The translations under genes were made by a program, and so were the position numbers. Under the pieces are notes generated by a model. It was given only the letters and a program-made list of their open reading frames with translations. It was not told where the DNA came from and ran no database searches. A DNA stretch of 62,934 bases, the filler included, from Collodictyon triciliatum (taxonomy: Eukaryota): the NCBI GenBank assembly GCA_043381765.1. It is 5 parts of 5 records of this genome, joined end to end, with 100 filler letters (N's around TTAATTAATTAA, not from the genome) between each part and the next. Parts side by side here need not be neighbours in the genome. Positions count along the whole stretch, not along the records: positions 25,225 to 37,735 come from JBHJMP010002149.1; 4 more parts are not named here. One strand, written 5' to 3'. Positions 25,280 through 37,735 of the stretch are shown piece by piece (position 1 is the first letter of the stretch; each line of letters starts with the position of its first letter).

Positions 25280-28200
25280 AAAAAAAAACAAAAAACAAAA
25301 AAAAACAAAAAAAAACAAAAGAAAAACAGAAGCGCAGATATGATTAGGCTTATAGAATTAATACTTTTAAAAATTTTTGTTATAATATTCATAAGCCCTT
25401 GCATTTACCTTGGGTTTTGTTGGTTATATATCAAAGTCCTTGATTTCCAAACAAAAAATACTTATTTATTATGGTATATACAAAACCATAAAGGTCTCCT
25501 GCGGTAGTTTTTAGGGCTCATACTTTTCAAGTGCGACAAGCCAAGTCCGTTGGGGTCATACGGACCATAAAGGCTTTTTGAAGAAGCATATCATTTGCAA
25601 ACTCCCATAAGTGTATTGTTTTCATTATATGATTCATATTCAGTGTACCTTCATAGAAGCTCGAGTCCATATGTTATGTATACAATTGTTAGCGCACATT
25701 GCTAATATTCTCATCCTTCATGTTGTTAGTGCAGTTTTCCAGACGGAGACGTGGTGACAAAGTCCTCATTGTTGCGCTGCCTACATTACGGTCAAATCGC
25801 TGTTTTCCCCGTACAAACAGACAATTGATTATTGATCTAATTCTTTTGCAAAAAGATTTTTAACACAATTTTGAATTCATATTGGATGGTAGAAAAAAAT
25901 GAAGATTTTAGTTTGCCTAATTGACAGAATCAAAGTAATTTAGCGGAATTTTATTGTTTGCCTAGACTATATGCGCACCAGGTCTACGATTTCGCGGTAA
26001 GGGATTTGAATATCATGTTATGAGTATGAATGGAAATCATATTGAATTATCATTATTTTTAATAAATTGTTTTATACATTTATCCCTATAAAAGGCATTT
26101 TGTGGGAGTAAAGCGAGTTTGAAAATAATTCGGTTGTATATTATGTGTTGAAAGCGATTTAATACTATAATTTTTCCAAGGGAAATCCTATCTCGGGCAC
26201 AAAAGCTGTCTGAATAAGTAGTGAGTTTACATATTATAAATTTTAAATTACATTCATGGACCACAATTGTAAGTATAAACTAATGTTTAGCAGTATTGTG
26301 AGATATATTGGACTTTTATCTGAAAAAAATACATTATCAGATATACCTCACTCTTCTGCTATGCGGTACTGTTAACAACGCACTGGAACTATTCCGCTCG
26401 TAGTTCGTGATCAATTGCCTGCAATTGAAGTTTGATTTTTAGGTGAGATGCCCTCTTATGCGCAATTATATGATTTTTTGACCTCATATAATATACCGAT
26501 AATTTTTACTTTTTACTCTTCCGAAATTGTTGATTCGCCAATATTAAAATCCACCTCAAAAATCCGTGATAGAGAGACGAATCACTTATTTTTGAACCTT
26601 GGTTTGCAATATGAAGGCGGATGTCGCACATAGGTCACAAGCTCTTTTTTATCATTATTTAATTTTATAACCCATTATTCATACTTCAAAATCGAAATCT
26701 GAATTAAAATTATTCCATCTTAGAAGCTAACTACTATCTACATCGCGTACTATTCACATTTATCATATTATCGAAACGAATTTTTCTGTTTTTCTTGAAC
26801 TTATTATGATTGATGTCAGCGACGAAGACGTTTTTTTTCTTGCATTATTATACTGTTAACTACTAAGATCATTAAAATACAATTACATCATATGGTCAAT
26901 TTTTTTCATCCATACCTATATTTTCTCACAATATAAACTGATTGATTTTATATTGATTTTGTATATTAAGTAACGATGGAATAGCACGCTTCCTGAATGG
27001 TATTTTATATCAGCTGTAATAGAGGTGGATCAATTTTTGTTCATCCTTGCATCTATTCTCGTACTTTTAATAATTTAGTAGTACATTTGTAAGCTTCATA
27101 AGGATTTTATTGATGTATTTAATTCCGCTCATTTGATTTACTATGGACTGAATATTATTTAAATTCACAATAAAATTTTCACTTCCAGGTTTATAATCAG
27201 AAAAGTGGTTTTCCTATGCCTTATTTCAGAATTAGTATGGTAGAGAATTTGTAAAACCTTAATCAAAGTGAATATTTTATTATTTTAAAACATTATCGAT
27301 TTGTTATTATGAAATGTAAGATTATCATACATAAATATATGCTCATTTACAAGAGCACTTAATATTGATTTCATAATGCATTGAAGTTACCCAAAAAACT
27401 GGCACAATCTTATGGAATCTCGTCTAGTGACACACAAAATGTTACAAATTCTACTCAGATTTATTTTGTATTTAGTCTATGACAAAGAGGCGCTTCTTTT
27501 TTTAGAACCATACACATTAAAAAAATTTTTTTAATACTTCTCAATCGTAAAGAAACAAATGTAAATTTTTAAAACTTTGTTTCACACAGAATTAACCTCT
27601 GTGATGTCGGAAGGAACGTAATTACAGACTTCATCCCCAAAATCAGAATATTTCTTCATTATCTTACCTATTTTGCATATAATTTTAAACCATAATTATT
27701 TATACTTTGCCATTATGAAAATTGTAGATATCAAGCTGATGTAATATAATTTATAGTTTAAGATAGTGAATATATTTTATATAAATTTGAACTGTTTTTA
27801 AATTGAAAATCTTGAAGTTAGCTGGATTTTTTCTGATCCCTTCTTTTTTTGGATTTTGAATAATTCCAAAACTACTTGAAAAAATTATATTTGGTTTAGC
27901 CACAGAAATGGGGTTTCATTATTTCACCCAGAGCTTTTTAGTATATTCATAAATATGATATAAAATACAAAAATTCTTGCTATGAATACATTTGTTGACC
28001 GATATTCCATTTTTATTTTTAAGTTAAAAACAGGGATACATTTCCACAATTCGCATATAGTCGTAAATCTCAACAATCAACTATAATATCTAAGAATTTT
28101 ATTTATTCTCTTGTTAATTATGGAGAAAATTTTCATTTAATTCTATTTCATATAATAATTGGATAATGGGACATAAATATAAGTAATTGGTCAGTGTGTT

Positions 28201-28621
28201 GCTTAAGTTTTATCAATAATGATATAATGTCTAATTCAAATATTTCAAAAACCAAAACGAATGAGAATGGTATCACAGAATCAACAATAACTATCTAATG
28301 ATAACTCTTCTCATGTAAAATAGGGTTTTTAAAAACATAGTATTATAAATCAAACAATTTTACACATACTCTCATTTTCGATAAATCAGTTTATTAGATA
28401 CTATGTGGGAGATTCTTTATTGGCTGTCGACCTTTTTCAAAATGGACCGTGCTGATTATTCTTGTGTCTGGTGAGTAAAATATCAGTGAGAGTTATGGAT
28501 TCAAATTTTACACTTATTCAATAATTGAAACAGGAAAGGGATGTCTGCTTCAGAAGATAGTAGAAACTCCGTCCGACGCAATTATTTTCTCGAATGGAAA
28601 AATCCTCCTCTCAAAAGATCA

Positions 28622-31600
28622 ATGACGTAATATTTGTAAAATCAAAAAAATCATCAATTAGAATTAGTATCTCATTGACTTTGCATACAGAAGTTCAAAG
28701 TTGTTGGTTGCGTTTGTTGTCATCGCTTTTAAAGTGGCATCTGCATCCTCAATTCACCCACATCAAAGGTATATTTTGATTTATCACGATGTATAAAATA
28801 CACTTTGGACTCAAATAAAGAAAACAGATGTGATTATTCAAGAGATGAGTTGCTTTCCATGAAAATCGAAGATGCATTCCAAATTCTGCTGAGCTACTAC
28901 GATGAGGCATGTCCTTTGTTAAAAGCAAGTGAGGAGAATTTTTCAGGATTGATGAAGAACCACAAAGATGGAGAATACTCGCTACAAACTGAACATGGTG
29001 CTGGATGGAATCATGAAAGCAAGGAGCTCAATACTGACTTGAGTGCCTTCGTTTACAATCACTCACCAAAAATAAACGGGAGTGAGCAGTTCGTTTTTGG
29101 TGATGAATTGAGCCGAAGTGTGGCCGATAACAATACCATGAGTCAATACGAACTCCTCGTTCAGCTTTACCAAATACTTGGAGGTGATAATTGGTTTCAG
29201 AATACCAGGTGGAACAATATAAACATTCCGATTTGTGAATGGTTTGGGATAGGGTGCCATCAAAGCTGTTCGGTTGAACAATATTGGGTAAGTACTTAAA
29301 TAATTATAAGCTTATTTTGATATTTGTTTAACATGTTTATGTTACGTTTATAGGATAATACATGCCCTATATTAAGGATCAGTATGTCAGGAAACAAGAT
29401 TAATGGTGACATTGAAGCTGCCTCTGCAATTTTCGAGAAGCTCCAATTTTTGGATTATTTGGACGTTAGCTACAACTTCATTTACGGAAATCTTCCAGAC
29501 TTAAATCTCCCAAGTATTACGTATTTGAGCCTTTATGGAAATGGAATTACCGGAACGATTCCAGACTTTCAAGCAATGCCGAATATTGAACATCTTGAGA
29601 TTGGTGGGAATGAATTGGAAGGAACAATACCGGATTATTCTGGAATTCAGTTGTTGAAGAGCTTATATATTAGTGGAAGTGAAAAAACCAAAGGTATCAA
29701 GTAATTTTTAATATGATTTTTTTATGAATCCTAATGATATAATTCTACTCAGGAACTCTTCCTGATTTCTCGGGATTGCCAAATGTTCAGATTCTTGGGA
29801 TTTATGAGTGCAACATTCATGGTATATTTTTTATTCGATTAAATGTGATAGTATACAAGCCTAACTTGTATTTTTTCAGGCACAGTTCCAAACTTCAGTG
29901 GCATTCCAAAAGTTTTTGAGATGTTTCTTAACAGCAACCAATTGACTGGTAGTTTTATGATTATTTCATACATTTTTTCAAATAAAAGCTAACATTTTAG
30001 AACAGGGACAGTTCCAGACTTCAGTGGAATTTCAAACATTAAATACATCGATCTTTCGAATAATCAATTGAATGGTAATTTTCTATGATTATTTCATGTA
30101 TTTTTGATAAAAACACTGAATTTGTCTTACAGGAAAAGTTCCTAACTTCAGTGGAATTCCAAATGTTTTATGGGTTTATCTTGACATCAACCAATTGAAT
30201 GGTATGACTTTATGATTATCTCATATATTTTTGAAGGAATACTAACTTCATATTACAGGAGCAGTTCCAAACTTTGGTAGAATTCCAAATGTGGAAGTAG
30301 TTGGGTTTTCCATCAACCACATGACAGGTATGATTTTATGATTATTTCATAGATTATTGAATGAATACTAACTTTAAATTACAGGAGCGGTTCCAAACTT
30401 CAGTGAAATTCCAAACGTTGAAATGATTGCACTTTACAATAACCATTTTAATGGTATGATTTTATGGCTATTTAATGTGTTATTGAAGTATTAATAATTT
30501 TTTATTACAGGAACGGTTCCAAACTTCAGTGGAATTCCGAATGTTGAAGAGATTTATCTTTCCAACAATCGATTAACAGGTATGATTTTATGATTATTTC
30601 ATTTAATATTGAAAACTGATTAACTTCATTTTAAAGGAACGGTTCCAAACTTCAATGGCATTCCAAATCTTAAAGGAATTTATCTCCACAATAATCATTT
30701 GACTGGTATTATATCATGATGGGTTTCATTTACTATTGAAGGAATATTTTTTTTCCTTTATTCGATCTATTGAAGGAATATTAATTTTGTATTTAGGAAC
30801 GGTCTCAAACTTCAATGGAATTCCGAATGTTAGGATGATTGCGCTTTACAATAACCAGTTTAATGGTATGATTTTATTATTTTTTTTCCTTTATTAATGG
30901 TATGATTTTATTATAATTACATGCATTATTGATGAAAACTAACTTTTTATTACAGGAACGGTTCCAAACTTCAGTGGAATTCAGAATGTTGAATGGATTT
31001 TTCTTCACAACAACCATTTGACTGGTAGGTATTTATGTGTAAGGAGATGTCCTTTTATTCTGTTATAAGCTTGTTCTATGATTCTCAACCTATTAACGAG
31101 TCGACGGACTCGTTTAAAATCCCTTGAACAAAGGGTTCAGGGGAGGTTTCTGAGAACGTTCCTGGAGCGTTCCACGGTAGTTTTTTGAACTGATTATAAG
31201 AACATACCGGGAGAATTCCGAGATGGGTCTTAGAATTAGTTCAGAGACTCCAAGGACGCACTTGGGTGTCCAGTTGTTACATTATGATAGACTTATTTCG
31301 ATTATTGCAAAACTGACTTTATGTTACAGAAATTATTCCAAACTTCAGTGATATCCCTATTCTCGAATGGATTCAACTTTACAACAACCAATTGACTGGT
31401 AAGTGTTTAATGTTTATTTCATGTAATATTGATACCGAACTAACTTTATACTATAGGAGCTGTTCCAAACTTCAGTGAAACTCTAAATGTTATGAGAATT
31501 GATATCGGCGGAAACAGTTTGAATGGTCAGTTCTTATTACATTATTTTATTTTCATACTTCCTTTAATTTTAAAAATTGTAATTTTAGGTACGATTCCAA

Positions 31601-34452
31601 AATTTTCAAATCTGCGTAAACTGGAAATTATTTCTGTTCATAATAATCAGTTGGAGGGAGAAGTTCCAGATTTTAGAGATTGCGAAAACATCAAGGAAAT
31701 AGTATTGTTCCGAAATAAGTTGTCGGGCACATTGCCAATGTTTAATCTTAATAGTCTGACTAGGCTGGATGTGAGCGAAAACCAAATCAGTGGCTCTATT
31801 CCAGAATACTGGAATGTGCCTTCAATTCAATACATTGACTTGTCGTGGAACCACATGGAAGCCACAATACCAGATCGCTTTCAGGAATTCTATGAGCTGA
31901 AGTCACTCGTTTTATCCCACAATAAATTCTCTGGAAGCATGCCGAGGCAATTCTGGGAACTGCCGAATCTAGTGACGATTGACTTGAGAAACAACTCATT
32001 TTCTGGAGATATTGGCATCTTCGTCGTTCCAGATGATGATGAATACGATTATTTTTATGAAAACCTTTTGCTTGATGATAACCAATTGAATGGAGAACTG
32101 AATTGGAGACTTTTTAACTATATTATCAACGTAAAAAAATTAAGTTTGAAGAACAATTATATCACGAGGATTGATGAACTTACAAATCTTATTACATGGA
32201 CTTCCCTTGACCTCACCGGAAATCCGATTGTCGGCAATATTCCTGAATCTTATGATTTATTCATCAAGCTTGAGTATTTAGGCTTGAAAAATACGAGCAT
32301 GAATCATGGTTCCTCATATTTTCTTCCCTTCTTTATGAATATCACTGACTCCTACAATTTGGAAAGGACGACAGACAGGTATGCATGTCCTTCCGTTGTC
32401 TCTCGTTCAGGTTTGATTGAAATGGAAGTGAACATGGACCCAAAGTATCACGACTATGGGATGTGCAAATGCTTACCTGGTTACTTTGGATATGGAAACA
32501 ATTGTGTGAAGTGTCCAAGAGAATGTGAATGTAGTGATGGCGTTTCCTTAGAAAAGTGCTATTTCACACCAGACGTTCTCAAGATAGTCCAGATAGTTCC
32601 GTGCATGAATCCGGACGTGTGCAGATTTTACATTCCAGAATCAATGTCAGAGAGAATGCTCATTAGCAACAATACTTATGATTTTCCGTGTGAAAAGGGA
32701 TATACTGGGAGAAGTTGCTCTATTTGTGAGGATGGATACTTATTTGAGGATGGAGAATGCAACGAATGCTCTTCTGATTACTCAATACTCAAATTGATTG
32801 CTTTCTTTGTGCTTCTCACAATTGGTGGGCTGTATCAAATTGGTTTGGCATGGATTGAAGAAAGCATGGATGATAACGGAGACGATGAAGTAAATGAGGA
32901 TGAGCATGATTCAGGTAATCTAATTTTTATTATAAATTCTTATTTCTTTTTTATTCCATTTCTTTTTCCATTATGAATGCATGTTTCTAAAATTATGTGA
33001 TATCACAGCCTCCCTAGACATATTTCTGTTTTACACTCAAATTCTGCAAGTATTGGGGAACATTGTCTCTTTATCCTTCATAACATCTGCTGGGAGATTT
33101 GTAAGCAACCTGTTTTCACTAAAGTTACCTTCCATTGAGTGCATCGTCGGCAACAAACCGCACATTACATCGATTCTTAACCTTTCTCGCATTCCTTTTA
33201 TTACTTCTGTCGCTTTCCTTATCCTGAAGAGGACACTTGTGAAGAAAGATACAAAAAATATCGAAAAGGTGGGATAAAAGCATCAGATAGTTTTTATAAA
33301 ATGATCAATTATATTTTCTCACATTACATTAAATATCGCGTATAATTATAGGTTGTTGCTATTACATTTACATTCTTGGAAGGAACATATTTTTCTGTTG
33401 TACGAGATGTTGTTGGTGCTTTTGGTTGCACCCTCTATGATGAAGGACTGGATACATGGTTCGTAAACTTGTATCCTTGGATTCAGTGCAGCCCGGTGAC
33501 AGATAACTATGTAAAGTTGCTTCTCTCTGCTATTCCTGGCTTGATTTACATATTCCTGTATCCCAGCTTTCTATGGTACATCATTTTAAGAGCCAGGAAA
33601 TTGAGGCAAAAAGAAAATGGTATCCCCATGGAAAGGCTGAAGAATCTCGGTGATGATCAAGAGATTCCGGCTACTGGGGTAAATTTGCCTGACAAGGTTG
33701 TAAGTGAAACTGGGCCAAGCGATTCCGAGAGACAAATACCTCAATACCATCATGCATCGTCAGATAATCGTGTGGATTTGTCCATGAACCCATTCCAAGT
33801 AGCATGCCAGATTCTGATCAATCGATTTGCTGATATTTACGAGGAGGTAATCATTATATACCAATCGCATAAAGGTGTGATGAAATTACTTATTCTCATT
33901 ATTTAAAAAGAAACGCGACTGGTGGGTCATGGTTCGAGTTATTCAATCAGTTCTCTTCAGTTTGACAGCTTTTGTCGTCCCTTACACATACTCAGCCATC
34001 CTCTACTTTATTTTCTTCATTCTGATACAGGTTTGTTGTTATTTTTACATATGTATCATTGTCCATTTAATTAGGAAATTTATCTTGTTGATAATTTTAA
34101 TTTTTTATAGTTCTCCCTATCGATGCAGAATCGGTACCAGCCATACATTCTTGATTCGGATGACTCTTTTTCCACGAATTGTTGGTTGCTGCTGTACATC
34201 TCTTTCTTTTCAGCTCTCGTTCAAAAACTTCTGCCTGGAAACGATTGGATATCATATGCGATTATTGGACTAAATTCCATTTTCATTACAGCTTTTATTG
34301 TTCCTTTTGCATGGACTATACTGAAACCTCTGTTAAGTTGCTTTTCAAGAAACAATTTCGGGCTAAGCAAAAAAAGGATATCACATTTCAAAAGCAAAAT
34401 AGAAGCTTACAAGGAAAAATTCGCCAACATCGTCACGAATCACACACAGTGA
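28622..34452 (+). CDS. LRR-containing receptor-like protein: signal peptide, LRR N-cap, many LRRs, Cys-rich (EGF/furin-like) region and multi-pass (about 7) TM domain; 21 exons in this model
   Basis: Spliced model: ATG 28622 (MTSSKLLVAFVVIAFKVASA), N-cap NW..NTRW...CEWFGIGC, twelve 69-nt LRR exons at 29753-31525, exon 31589-32914 (LRRs plus CKCLPGYFG, CEKGYTGRSCSICEDGY), then TM exons to TGA 34450-34452. All junctions checked are GT-AG and keep frame. An upstream in-frame start at 28403 is also possible. Confidence 0.9.
29753..31525 (+). repeat. Tandem exon+intron array (unit about 126 bp) of single-LRR exons
   Basis: 69-nt exons start at 29753, 29880, 30006, 30133, 30259, 30385, 30511, 30637, 30797, 30956, 31330 and 31457. 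The introns are homologous (GTATGATTTTATGATTATTTCAT...CTAACTT..TTACAG). Confidence 0.95.
31038..31281 (-). mobile_element. Solo LTR inside an LRR-gene intron
   Basis: 244 bp bounded by TGTAA...TTACA, with a perfect 5-bp TSD TTATG (31033-31037 and 31282-31286). TATA-like and AATAAA motifs lie on the minus strand. Confidence 0.8.
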
Positions 34453-34769
34453 CTCTCCGACTCTTGGGTTGGAATTAAAAAGAAGCACTTCAATATTAAT
34501 GATCAAGTGCATTCAAGTGTTGAGACACGAATAAAAAAATTTACTGAAAAAATTGAAATGGGAAAGATATATATGCTTTGTTACATTTTTATCATATTTT
34601 AATACGATTAAATTAAAAGCGATTGAGAATGAGAGAAATAGCAAGACCCAACATACTTTAAAACCATGATTCGAGCGATATCTTTATATACATTCGCACA
34701 ATGTACTCATATTAGACATCCTTCAATAATGCATATTTGAAGAGTTTTTGCATACCAAACTTGTTGACT

Positions 34770-36534
34770 AAGTTCCATATGGGTAAATGAAAGCTTCAAC
34801 CAAGCTTCCTGCGCCGAATGAAAAACGAAAAGCGAACCGTCGAAGGCTTTGCAAGTTGCAGCCAGTTCTTCTGCTTCCAACACTGGCGCGTAAAAACCAC
34901 GAGTTGCACGTAAGTCTAGAAAGATCCGTGCAAGGAAGCCGCCTGCAAGTCTGTCTGATCGGACAGTATTTTTGCACGGGGTCGAGCAAGTCGTTTACAA
35001 CAAGAACAAGGCCCACAGACTCACAGATACGCTCGCCTCCTTCTTGAAAGCGAACAAATTTTGGGAAGAGTCCATCCAACTGCGCTTACCGGACAGCAAA
35101 GGCATTTGCCTGATTGCCTTCCGCACTGCAGAAAACGCCCAAAAGCTTCTGGAGCTGAAGCAGATAAGTTTAAGTGATATTACGAACAGCTTCAGCAGAA
35201 GTAAACCAACAGAGACCTCGGTGATGCTCTACCAACTACCGCTGGACGTGTGGCTGCAACACCTTCGTGAGGAGCTGAAGCCGTTCAGACCGACCCACGT
35301 GGAGATCAAAAAGGACAAAGGCTTCTTCACAGACACAGCCGTGGTGAAGCTTCTCTACCACAAGAATTAGCTCCCTGAAAAGTTTACGGTCATGGGCAAA
35401 AAGTGTCCAAAGCGCATTCTCAAAGAGCGTCCACCAGCTGCAATAACGAACGACAAGTAAAAGCCCCGCAAAAGAATACACCTGCCAAGCAGATAAGCAG
35501 CAACGGGTCAAGGAAGCCAAGGCCAGGCAACAACTGAGCCCGCAAGACTCACAGCAGATACACGCATACAGCGACAGCAACGATGACATGGAAGGAAATC
35601 TCGGTTCCTCTTCAGAATCCTCGCACTCGAGCCCTCCATCGCCAATACTGGACAAGCCCGAACATCGCAAGACCCAAGAGCAGCGCATCTCCAAACCCCG
35701 AAAGAAATCCCCCCTTAAACTACCCATTCAGACTGATGTGAATATGGTTAACATAGGAGGCCTCAAGGCAGTCTTCGTTGCTCATCCGAAAGGATACTCC
35801 AAAGCAAAGGCAACACAAGAACCAGCGCCCACCAAAGATAGTCCGTTTATCCTGCCCCAGCCCGTCGCACCGAGAACCAAGGAGCATGAGCAAACAGCAC
35901 AAGTCGAATCCAAGCTTGGAACTTCACACACCAAAGACAGTCCGAGCAAGCAGAAGCATATGTTTCTAAAACCACAAACGCGTATCCATACTCCGGTTAA
36001 GCAAAGTCCACTGCCGGCTACGCATGGTTCCGAAACCAGGGGACGGTCAAGCGCCACTTCCGATAATTCCGGACAAACAACGATGTATCGCTTTCTGTCA
36101 GAGTCGCCCAGCAAGAAATGAAAGGAAAGTGACCCATTGTCTCCTCAAAAGACTCATGCTATGGAATGAAATAGGATGTTAACCTTGTCTGAGACAGATG
36201 GTTGAAAGGACTCGTCGGAATCAATTTTGAGAAGTAACAGCCGTGTGTGTACTTTCATCGATCTCACAACTTTATCCGCTCTTCTGTCAGTCTCGAATAC
36301 AACCAGAAATCGCGTTGGAGCTTATTCACCTCGGTTAGAATAGTCTGCGTGTGAGAACACTTTCTCTCCTTTCTATCTTGTTCTTTCCTTCACCCAAAAC
36401 ACAAAAACTCCAACCACACAATCCGGGGTTTTCCACTGTCTTGTCCACAGCTCATTTCTTGTCCTAGAGGCGAAGGCGGTTTCCTCAAATTTATTTTTTG
36501 TCAATAAACTGATGAAAAGAAACCAAAAAAAAAA
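34770..36534 (+). mobile_element. LINE-like element carrying a degenerate ORF1 (RRM-type plus low-complexity tail) directly followed by a 3' tail and poly-A, with no ORF2
   Basis: RTVFLHGV...ICLIAFRTAENAQKLL...VMLYQLPLDV...LREELKPF...TAVVKL...LPEKFTVMG resembles L1/Tx1 ORF1p RRMs. There are in-frame stops (e.g. TAG 35368) and a frameshift near 35440. Poly-A lies at 36525-36534, and a second copy is at 11855-12515. The 5' boundary is approximate. Confidence 0.75.
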
Positions 36535-36537
36535 TTC

Positions 36538-37203
36538 TGATACCAGAAAACTAATATAAAAAGCAAAAGAACGTTTGTAATAATGAGACCCTGAAGAGAA
36601 ACCAAGCCGACATAGAACCTCGAGAGAGCAGTGTTACTCCCATAGGATATTTCTTGGGACGCTAATCTAAGGAACGTAACGAAGAAATTAAAAGCATATG
36701 AAGCCTATCTCATAAAGTAGAAGCGAATACATAAAAATGGAATGATAAATCTTTAGATATAGTTATCCTAACAAATAACAACTGTAAACAAAAAAATAAT
36801 AATAGGGAATCCACCACGATATCATCGCTAATGAGATACCTTGCACACAACATAAAACCATAGACAAATTACTTCTTAAACTTCCAGAATATTCTTTCGG
36901 GCATAATTGCAAATAATTGTATGATTGTACCAACCGCAACATAACCAAATATAAAGAAAAATCTCTGTGTTTTTGTTTTACTTTTCAATCCCTTGCTCAA
37001 CCGCACTATAAATTGTTGTTATATATCATAGTCTTTACCTAAATGACACTTGCATTGAAGAATATAATAACTCTGACACATACAGGTAATAAAACTCCTT
37101 GAAATCGTTTTTAAGGTAACTGATTTGTGAGTACTTTTATCGACCCACAATTTTATCCGCCCATCTGTCAGTCTCGAACACTGTGTGAAACCGCGTTGGA
37201 GTT
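36538..37203 (+). mobile_element. Second copy of the ORF2-derived non-autonomous element
   Basis: Matches 9389-~10053 from the same 5' start (TGATACCAGAAAACT) through CGCGTTGGA, then diverges. Confidence 0.8.
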
Positions 37204-37735
37204 TAGCAACTCAGCTAGAATTACCTATTGCAAGAATACTTTGTTCCTACTCCTTTATTGCACCTTTCACCTTTCTTCCCTCTGCTACCGCACCCGCCAC
37301 CGAGACTGGGAGCACCACAGCCCGAACAGACGCCGCGAAATCATGACTAATATGGATGGAACCCCCCTATGTGTGGAAAAAAGCAAGACAAACCCAGCAG
37401 CCACGTTGTGTTTCGCCGAAGCGGAGGCGAAGATTCGACAGGCCCTGCGCGAGGTTTCGCCTGGCGGGAGGACGGAAGCCTTGAAGAACCGCCAAACGGT
37501 GTCCACGTGGTGTTGATCCACCCGCCATAGCGTTTTTCTGGGGCGATGCTCTATGTTGCTTCGATCTGTAGTCACTTTTATTGCCTTTCTTTTGCTTTCC
37601 GTACTTATTTGCGCGTGTGATCTTTTCTTTTCTTTTCTTTCTTTTCTTTTTTTTTTTTTTTTTTTTTTTTGCAGACCCATTTCCTCCCTTTTTCTTGGTT
37701 TGTAAGGGGGGCCCTTTTCTGGCAACATCAAACGC

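Noticed and set aside
29753-31525. Regular ~126-bp repeats with variable interiors as a CRISPR-like array
   Set aside because: Every unit is a GT-AG-bounded in-frame LRR exon plus intron in a eukaryotic gene, and there are no cas genes.
35368-35370. In-frame TAG in ORF1 as readthrough or an alternative genetic code
   Set aside because: The same copy has other stops and a frameshift, and the host exons I translated contain no in-frame stops. Simple decay explains it.
36508-36524. CTGATGA-AAA-GAAAC, and CTGAAGA-GAAAC at ~36591, as hammerhead ribozymes
   Set aside because: There is no stem II, and the cores are not conserved in the paralogous copies (CTGTTGA at ~11880; GGAAC at ~9450).
36537-36546. 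TGGTATCAG on the minus strand as a tRNA-Met primer-binding site of an LTR element
   Set aside because: The match is only 8-9 nt, there is no adjacent LTR ending in CA and no gag/pol. The context is the junction of two non-LTR elements.
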